Shown: piece after piece, positions 56,000 to 64,000 of the stretch
How positions within the stretch are numbered: position 1 is the first letter of the stretch
Layout: each line of letters starts with the position of its first letter
Assembly: GCA_951406725.2 (NCBI GenBank)
Contig: OX597819.1
Coordinates: 74,772,001-74,836,000 of the forward strand
Source of the DNA: Octopus vulgaris
Taxonomy: Eukaryota
Length of the DNA stretch: 64,000 nucleotides
Direction: 5' to 3'
Position numbers and translations under genes: made by a program
The notes under the pieces: model-generated
What the model saw: only the letters and a program-made list of their open reading frames with translations
The model's database searches: none
What the model was told of the DNA's origin: nothing

Positions 56000-56155
56000 G
56001 ACAGGCTTCTTTCAGTTTCCGTCTACCAAATCCACTCACAAGGCATTGGTCGGCACGAGGCTATAGCAGAAGACACTTGCCCAAGATGCCACGCAGTGGG
56101 ACTGAACCCAGAACCATGTGGTTGGCTAGCAAGCTACTTACCACACAGCCACTCA
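55064..56155. mobile_element. Inverted pair of SINE family A copies
   Basis: 55064-55446 (+) and 55722-56155 (-), tail to tail. Confidence 0.85.
55466..55690 (-). mobile_element. Short non-autonomous Helitron-like element
   Basis: Minus strand ends with hairpin acccgaatgaaatcgagtt, then CTAG|T (55469-55465); the 5' end merges into (TA)n. Confidence 0.5.
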
Positions 56156-56322
56156 TGCGCCTATATATATATATATATATATATATCATCATCATCATCA
56201 TCATCATCGTTTAACATCTACTTTCCATGCTAGCATGGGTTGAATGATTCGACTGAGGTCTGACGAACCAGATGGCTGCACCAGGCTCCAATCTGATCTG
56301 GTAGAGTTTCTACAACTGGATG

Positions 56323-56387
<65 letters not shown>

Positions 56388-56537
56388 CCATGTATGTGTG
56401 TGTGTGTGTATATATGTGTGTGTGAGTGTGTGTGTGTGTGAGTGAGTGTGTGTGTGTGTGTGAGTGTGTGTGTGTGTGTGTGTGTGTTTAAAAAAGTCAA
56501 AGTAGAAAATGCTAAATTAATTTTATAAAAAACATTT

Positions 56538-56572
56538 CAGTACCGGTTTCAGTCATTGAGACTTTTCAACTG
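56538..56572 (-). ncRNA. Minimal hammerhead-like motif with U3-A8 core
   Basis: cag-TTGAAAA-gtc tcaat gac-t-GAAA-ccgg-TA-ctg. Confidence 0.5.
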
Positions 56573-56816
56573 TAAGTATGGAAAACAATTAAATTTTGGA
56601 AAAATTAAAAGAAAAGTATTTTAAAAGAATATTTGCATAGTGTCCAAATACAAGTGGCATTTTCCTTGTTTCTACTTGTCTGTCTCTCTTGTTTACTCTT
56701 GTGTGTATGTATATATTTATGCATGTAACTTGGTAGTTTGGCAAAGGAGACCAATGAAATAAGTAAACACTATGTGTTTGTGTTTTGTTGTCTTGACATG
56801 ATATAAAGGTTGTCCC

Positions 56817-57255
56817 TGGTGGAATGTTCCAGTGAAAACCTCAATAAAATGTAAACACAGTTGAAGGGGACAAAACCCAGCTGTGGAAATCAGCTGCCCA
56901 GCAGATGCTACCATAAAGCTAAAGAAAAGGTACCTATGCTGATCTATTGAGAAATCTGCACTTACTCTCCCCAGATTCCAAGTACAGGATTATACCTGTA
57001 ATTATTGGGGTATTTGGATATGTAACAAACTGCCTAAATACCAATCTTGGGAAATTAGGCTTCTCAACACCAGAAAAGGGAAAGTTAATTTGAAGACTAC
57101 AGATGTAATCCATTACTGGAACTATAACAATCTGTAAAACTTCCCAGAAGTTTATCATTTAAATATATATGTGTGTATGTCTAGATATGCAAACTATATA
57201 CATTAGAATACATCATACATAAAACAAAACATACAAATCTCTACATATGCATACA
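56817..57255 (+). mobile_element. R4/Dong-like RLE LINE: endonuclease domain and 3' UTR fragment
   Basis: WWNVPVKTSIKCKH...VEISCPAD...TYADLLRNL...IIPVIIGVFGYV...SITGTITICKT; the PD motif is deleted and in-frame stops are present. Confidence 0.7.
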
Positions 57256-57390
57256 AATGATCTGATGGAGGGAGTAGGCATATGTAAACACAAATATTTG
57301 ATTACTATATGCAAATCATCTGCACAATTACTCAGCAAGAAATTACAAACCTTTCATCTACCGTCTAATGATGAGAGAATCCATAATATA

Positions 57391-57436
<46 letters not shown>

Positions 57437-57578
57437 CACACACATACTTAAATATGTGTGTCTGTATGTATATATATATGTATGTATTTATCTATGTATG
57501 CGTGTATGTATGTATATATATATATATATGTCATCTAGCTGTCCGGATGTTTTGCGTTCTTGTCACATTTTGTATTTT

Positions 57579-57612
<34 letters not shown>

Positions 57613-57816
57613 TAGATACATACACACACACACACATATATATATATACACACACACACACATATACTTTTTCCTCCCCCTCAGTTTCAGTCCAAGGACT
57701 GTGGCCATGCTGGGGCACTGCTGTCTGCCACACTAGGACAGTATATATATACATATATAACAACTGCAGCATGGAAGGTGTTTATAAGCCATTTAAGAAA
57801 CACACAAAAAATTTAA

Positions 57817-57867
57817 TTTGCCAAAATATTTTCATTGCTTTGAGACCGCAACCTGTTCACTGACAAA
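57817..57867 (-). ncRNA. Minimal hammerhead-like motif with G3-C8 core
   Basis: tttgtca-GTGAACA-ggttgc ggtctcaaa gcaat-GAAA-atat-TT-tggcaaa; a 5'-truncated sister copy lies at 6058-6096 (+). Confidence 0.5.
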
Positions 57868-57997
57868 ATTCCATGCTGCATTAACGAGGAGTACTCAGCC
57901 AGCAGCTACTCACCTGGTCGAAGATACCTTAGTTATATAAATGTTACATTGTCATCACGGGATCCTGAGTTTGAAATCATTTTTCAGCTTATTGAAC

Positions 57998-58032
<35 letters not shown>

Positions 58033-58040
58033 AGGATTGG

Positions 58041-58079
<39 letters not shown>

Positions 58080-58283
58080 CATATATACAAGTTAATTAGA
58101 GGATATGTTAACCCCTTAAAGGGATAATTAAATCTTAGAACACACTGGTTCGTGCACAAGTACATAAACACATACAAATATACATACACATATGCATTTA
58201 TATACAGAAGGAAAAAAAAACTAAGATAAATCAAGCAGAATTTCTCAAACAGGGATGTGTGTGTGTGTGTGTGTGCATGTGAG

Positions 58284-58329
<46 letters not shown>

Positions 58330-58789
58330 GTGTTTCAGTGTGTATGTGTGAGAATGTGTGAGTGTGTGTCTTTTTTTTTATTTCTATTTGCATGTGAATA
58401 GATGTCTTTTCACATATGACTCATCACCCCCATCTCATTTCCCTCTCTTCCTCTTGTTCCATATATATACATACATACGTACATATATATATATATATAT
58501 ATATATCAGTGTAGACAGACAGATAGATAGATAGATAGATAGATGGCTTCAATAGACTCACAATGAAAGCAAGTTGAAATATGTGTGCACATTTAAATGC
58601 GTAGGTGACACTGTTTCTTTTCATAGGTTTTAAACATCCTTTTTCCCAGGCTATAAACAGGTTGGGATGATTCAGCACTCAACCATTAACTGAACCATTT
58701 CTCAGTCAAAATACCTCAACCACGTTTAAAGTGAAAGTGATACCATTTCACTGAGATTTGAGCAGAGCTGTGGTCATGATCGTTGTCAT

Positions 58790-59610
58790 TTGTCGTTCGT
58801 TGGTGGCAGTGGTGGTGGTGGTGCAGCTGTTACTATAAGTTTTGTTTTCGCTGCTGTTGTTGTTGCTTCTGTTGGTGTTTTTTTAATGTTACTGTTGTTG
58901 TTGTTGGTGGTGGTAGTGATCGTCGTGGTTGTTGTCATGATCATGGTCATTGTCATCATCATCATCGTAGACTTTGTCGTCCTCGTTGTTGTCGCGGTCG
59001 TGGTCATCGCGGTCGTGGTCATCGCGGTCGTGGTCATCGCAGTCATGGTCATCGTGGTCCTCGTGGTCATGGTTGTCATCATGGTGGTCATCCTCATCGT
59101 CATCGCGGTCGTGGTCGTGGTGGTCATGGTCGTCGTCATCGTCATCATGGTCATCATCGTCGTTGTTGTCCTCGTCCTTGTTGTCATTGTCCTCATCATC
59201 ATCATCTTCGTCGTCATTGTCGTCATGGTCATCATCGTCGTCATTGTCCTTGTCATCATCATCGTCGTCATTGTCCTTGTCATCGTCATCATCGTTGTTG
59301 TCCTCGTCGTCGTTGTCCTTGTCATCGCTGTCCTCATCATCATTGTCCTTGTCGTCATTGTCCTCATTGTCGTTGTCTTCATCGTCATTGTCCTCGTCAT
59401 CGTTGTCCTTGTCGTCGCTGTCCTCATCCTTGTTGTCCTCGCCATCGTTGTCCTCATTATCATCATCGTCGTCATTGTCCTTGTCGTTGTCATCGTCATC
59501 GTTGTCCTTGTCGTCGTTGTACTCATCGTTGTTGTCCTCATCGTCATTGGCCTCATCATCATCGTCATCGTCATTGTTGTCATCATCATCATCATGGTCA
59601 TTATCGTTGT
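58790..59610. repeat. ~820-bp degenerate triplet repeat (GTC/ATC/GTT) with 15-bp higher-order unit
   Basis: Five reading frames stay open; recurring gtcct(c/t)gtcatcgtt units. Confidence 0.9.
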
Positions 59611-60101
59611 ACAAATATACCCATCATGACTACATGTCTGATAAAGGTAATCCAGGCACATGCATCACAACTATATATGAATGGCATAGTGATCTCATAT
59701 CAAGATAAACAGCACATGACCTTGCAGACAGGGCCCAGTTAGAATTTTCTTCAGGTGGAGTAGTCCATCCTGCTCAAAAGGTCACTGAATGATGGTTCTT
59801 TTAAGGATGATAAACAAAACAAGAATGCTTCGAGAAGTGAATTTTTCAAACCCCAAAGAATCCCTTTCAACACATAGCAATGATGCTCCCCAACTACTTC
59901 TGCTCATGACCAGAGATGCACATATTGTCAGCCACTAAGGGACATGCTCAACTGGTTAAGGTCAAACAATTTATTGAATAAATATACCCTTTAGTATTTC
60001 AAGATATTTTAATGTAATTTTGGTAAATATATCTGTTAAAATGAGATGTCAGTGTTATTTTCATTTTTGTGTAATTTAGATGACAGTTTATTCACCACAT
60101 C

Positions 60102-60157
<56 letters not shown>

Positions 60158-60300
60158 TCATCATCATCATCATCGTTTAGTGTCCGCTTTCCATGCTAGC
60201 ATGGGTTGAACAGTGCAACTGGGGTCTGGGAAGCCAGAAGGCTGCACCAGGCCCAGTCTGATCTGGCAATGTTTCTACGGCTGGATGCCCTTCCTAACGC

Positions 60301-60337
<37 letters not shown>

Positions 60338-60394
60338 TTCAGAATGAGATAAAAAAACCAACGCTGTGAAGATTTTTAGATCATTTATAAATAG

Positions 60395-60443
60395 GTCTTA
60401 CAGCTGTTTCCGGGATATTTTTTATATCCCTTCATCGGAAATG
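60395..60443 (-). ncRNA. Minimal hammerhead-like motif
   Basis: ttt-CCGATGA-agggatat aaaaa atatcccg-GAAA-cagctg-TA-aga; shares the U4C core and CAGCTG stem III with 36455-36587 but has a different stem II. Confidence 0.55.
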
Positions 60444-60857
60444 GTGTGAGAAAATAGTTGAGCAATAGTTAATTTAGATAAGATACAAAATAGAGAGTGA
60501 GGTGGAGGAATGAAAATAGATGTGAGATATGAAGGGATATTGCATATGTAGATCCATTATTTAGGCAGAATGGTATTCACCTTTGGGTCTTATTGACACC
60601 ATTACCTCTCATAACCTATATATATATATATACACTTCTAATATAGGATAAAAAAATTTCATCAAAATGACCAGCATATTAAAATACCTTTAAAGGTGAT
60701 TGATGAATTAAAGTCTATTCTCAGCATATTGGCATAGGAATCTTTTTTCGTTTGCCCTTGTATGTATATATATGTATTGTATGTATATATATAATTTCGT
60801 TTTTGTATTTCGATTGCAAGATTCTTTATGTGAGTTTTTGTGTCGAAGCATATTTTA

Positions 60858-61073
60858 TTGTGTCTGGGGGGAGTCATTTTCTTTTAGTGCCTTATTATTT
60901 AACACACTCACTGATTTGATTTCCACTGATTTACTTATTTATTTTTTTTCTATCGAATATGTTGTAAGACAGCAAAAATTTTAGAAAAAATAAATAAGTA
61001 AATGAATGGAAATCAAACCAGTGAGTGTGTTAAGTAATAAGGCACTAGAAGAGAATGACTCTCCCTAGACACA
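60858..61073. repeat. Inverted repeat, ~92-bp arms, ~30-bp spacer
   Basis: 60858-60952 versus 60982-61073, imperfect. Confidence 0.85.
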
Positions 61074-61076
61074 ACA

Positions 61077-61119
<43 letters not shown>

Positions 61120-61123
<4 letters not shown>

Positions 61124-61385
61124 AAGCTGAGATTTAAAGACGCATGTAAAGGCAGCCTGACTAAGTGGTATGTTGATGCAAAAACTTGGGTAATGTTAGC
61201 TAAAGACAGAATAACAGAGAAAACCCTCATGAAAAAAGGAGTCAAACAATTCGAGAAAGAAAACATCTTGGTCTTTGAAGCAAAATTGCAGGATTCTTTG
61301 CTTACAGACTTGGCAGCAGAACTTGCTCATCAAACATAGGAAGAATCAGCCATGAGAGAAGCTGAAGGAAGATAACTACGAGGAC
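61120..61385 (+). mobile_element. RTE LINE C-terminal fragment
   Basis: KLRFKDACKGSLTKWYVDAKTWVMLAKDR resembles the RTE-BovB-type PKLRFKD...W...A.DR motif. Confidence 0.55.
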
Positions 61386-62731
61386 CCAATTAAGACATTC
61401 TCCACTGCTTGGGCCCTCTTTTAAATGCATAAAGAACCAAATCATCTCTACCATTTGTCACCTCCTGAAGATCATTTTTCACCACTTCAACCCATGTTTT
61501 CCTGGGTCTTCCTCTACCAGAAATTACACTCCACAATTTGAGATCAGCACTTCTTTATGCAGCTGTCCTTGTCCAAATGTATCACATGACCTTACCACTA
61601 CAGTCTTCTCTCTTGCATACATCTGATGCCTCTTATGCTCAATTGTTCTTTAAACACATTTGCACTGTCTGCCAAGATAAACTTGTACATATGCAAGCAT
61701 AGATAGGAGAGCTGTATACATGCAGGCATACACATATATACACATGTGTGGGAATTATATGTGTGTTTGGTTAAGTATATAAATATTTCAATCTTACTTC
61801 GTACCCATCCTCTCCTCTCTTCTGGCTAACCTGAAACCTTAACCCTTTTCTTCCCCCTCCTTGCTGATGCTTGCTCTTGATAGTGTACAGGATTGAGGAA
61901 ATTGTAATTCATTGGGTAAATTAACCAGAGAGCTCTGCCACCTAATCAGTTGGGCTATGAACTTCTCCATAACTTTCATCTTCTGATCCAACAATTTGAT
62001 ACCTCTATAATTATTTCTATCTAAGGTGTCACCTTTACCTTTGTAGCAGTTGACTATGGTGCTGCTACACCAGTCATTGGATATAACTCCCTCACGGACA
62101 ACCTGATTAACTATATAGGTGACTAGATCATAACCTACTCTGCCAGATATTTTAAGCATCTCAGCTGTGATCCTTGATATACCAGGGACTTTTCCAATCT
62201 TCATTTCCATCTTCATATCTTTTATGGCTTTATCTACCAAGCTACTGTCTCTTTGGATAGTTGGTCCCTCTGTTGGGTCCACATTAGGCAGACTCTCCTC
62301 CCTTTGTGTTCTCTACATTTAGCAGCTTTTCATAGTGGCACTTTCAAGCCTTTTTCTTTGCAGAATCACTAACTGCAAGTGAACCGTCATCCATGCAAAC
62401 ACACTTCTCTCCAACAACATCACAACTTTCCCTGACACACTGTCTTGCAAGCCAAAACACTTCAAGCTGCTGGTCCTCATGCTGCAGAACATTAGCAAAC
62501 TTCTTCCTTTCTGCTTCCTCAATGGCTAGGTATACCTGCTTCCCAGTTTCCCTTCTAGCAACCTGATACAGTTCTGGCTAGCACCACACATCCAGTCCTT
62601 CCAGGCCTGTTTCTTTGCTCTAAAGGCCCTGTTAACTACACTGTTCCACCACCATGTCACCCTAGTCTGTGGCTCTCAGTAAGTTTTCTCATAGGAACTC
62701 CCAGTTATCCTGTATGTTACATATCTGTAAC

Positions 62732-63005
62732 GTAGAGCATGTTCTGAGAAGAGTGATTTCATTTGAGGTAAATAGAGCGCAAAAGCAAGATAGACCAAGT
62801 AAAAGGTGGAGGGGACAGGTGGAGGGGACAGGTGGAGGGGACAGGTGGAGGGGACAGGTGGAGGAGGAGATTGGGAGGGTTGGTTTGTAAAAAGGAGGAC
62901 GCCCAAAATTGGGCAAGATGGTGAGATAGTATGAGGGCAGTTGCTATGGCATTGAGGTAGATCTGGCCATCCCCATTAATGGGGACAAAACCCAGATTTA
63001 AAACA

Positions 63006-63036
<31 letters not shown>
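62732..63036 (+). mobile_element. 3' fragment of another RTE LINE nested antisense in the degraded LINE
   Basis: EHVLRRVISFEVNRAQKQDRPSKRWRGQVE, 3' UTR and (GAT)n tail; the host frame rejoins across it; short aac duplication at the junctions. Confidence 0.7.
62804..62864 (+). repeat. 13-bp G-rich minisatellite (AGGTGGAGGGGAC)x4.7
   Basis: Exact tandem units. Confidence 0.95.
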
Positions 63037-63039
<3 letters not shown>

Positions 63040-64000
63040 TCCTCTTCATTAAATACTTCAGTTAGAATGTCTTTAAAACTCTGACTTAAGCCTGGGGATC
63101 CTTCATTTCTAGACTAATTTGCTTCTTGGAATCCTCCATGCCTCTTCATCATCAAAGGTCTTTGTCTTTATAAGCAACCATGTATCTCGCTTTCTGCGGA
63201 GAATGTGGTCAATCTGGCCAGCATGGTCACTGGATTTATATGTTATCAGGTGACTGATTGATTTCCTGAAGTTGGTGTTGCAGATCATCAGGTCATTTGC
63301 ATTACAGAACTTCAACAGTCTTGTTCCCTCCACATTTTGGGAACGAAATCTATGGCCCCCATGTACCCTACAGAAGACACCTGGGTGTTACCCAACATAT
63401 CCATTGAAATCACCAGGTCACCGTCATTTGTCTTTGAGGCAGACTAAAATAGAATATCATAAAAATGATACTTTTGTTCATTTGGCAGAACTGGTTGACG
63501 GGTGGGGATAGGCCAAGATAATTGTTACTATGCAAAACTAGTTTAAGCTTAAGTACCCCATTGCACAGTTTGACTACCTCAATTACCTTATCAACCCATT
63601 TCTCTGGTAGCAGTATGCTCGCACCATCCATTCCATCATTGTTACCTTCGCAGAAAATTTTATACTTGTGTTTTTTTTTGGCTGAAGCTCACCTCCACCT
63701 TCCTTCTTGAATACAACTCACATCAACGTGTCTTTGTTCAAGCATCTCAGAGTTAGCGCCTGACCTGAGAAATCATTCACATGTCTAAGGATACGACATT
63801 CCATGTGCAAATCACCAAGATGACAACACTGCGTAGGAAGGCTGTTGGATGGATTTTGAGACCATTCAGAACCAAGAAAAAGGATATCATTCATGCTACT
63901 CCTATGGAGAACTTTCGTGCTCAATTGTCTGGATTACTGCTCCCAACTGCGGTCACCACAGAGTGTCATACTGGTGGCTGAACTCAAGGCAGTTCAGCAC

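Larger units (their letters stand above)
61400..63790 (-). mobile_element. Degraded, internally deleted RTE LINE related to 37870-40172
   Basis: APE endonuclease relics (EKWVDKVIEV, EGTRLLKFCNANDLMICNTNFRK..QIDHIL), pre-RT region (NCYKGKGDTLDRNNYRGIKLLDQ) and C-terminal GRPRKT; the RT core is missing. Confidence 0.85.

Noticed and set aside
58783-59742. 319-aa His/Cys/Arg-rich or mucin-like protein
   Set aside because: Five frames are open because of triplet composition; no splice or signal-peptide support.

Overview
Eukaryotic, AT-rich, microsatellite-saturated DNA whose SINE families look octopus-like (coleoid cephalopod; inferred). Almost all ORFs in the track are microsatellite artefacts. 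The only host-gene signal is a 40-nt coding micro-exon on the minus strand (3603-3564) encoding MSRRKQSNPRPLL, followed by a GTAAGT donor. This is the N-terminal NuRD-recruiting motif of FOG/ZFPM, SALL, BCL11 and ZNF423 zinc-finger repressors, closest to FOG1. The gene runs off the left edge, and a CpG-richer promoter-like block sits at about 4.65-5.15 kb. The remaining ~59 kb is upstream DNA full of transposon relics: a full-length dead mariner, a second Tc1/mariner relic, hAT and pogo MITEs, non-autonomous Helitrons, RTE, R4/Dong-like, HERO-like and CR1-like LINE fragments, and many tRNA-derived SINEs. The most unusual signal is a set of minimal hammerhead-ribozyme folds, probably from Penelope-like elements, in several unrelated repeat families. 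They show three pairings at core positions 3-8 (C-G, U-A, G-C), and one sits in each arm of a young ~430-bp inverted repeat. I see no prokaryotic system, CRISPR array or rRNA. All family calls are from motif recognition by eye, without database searches.
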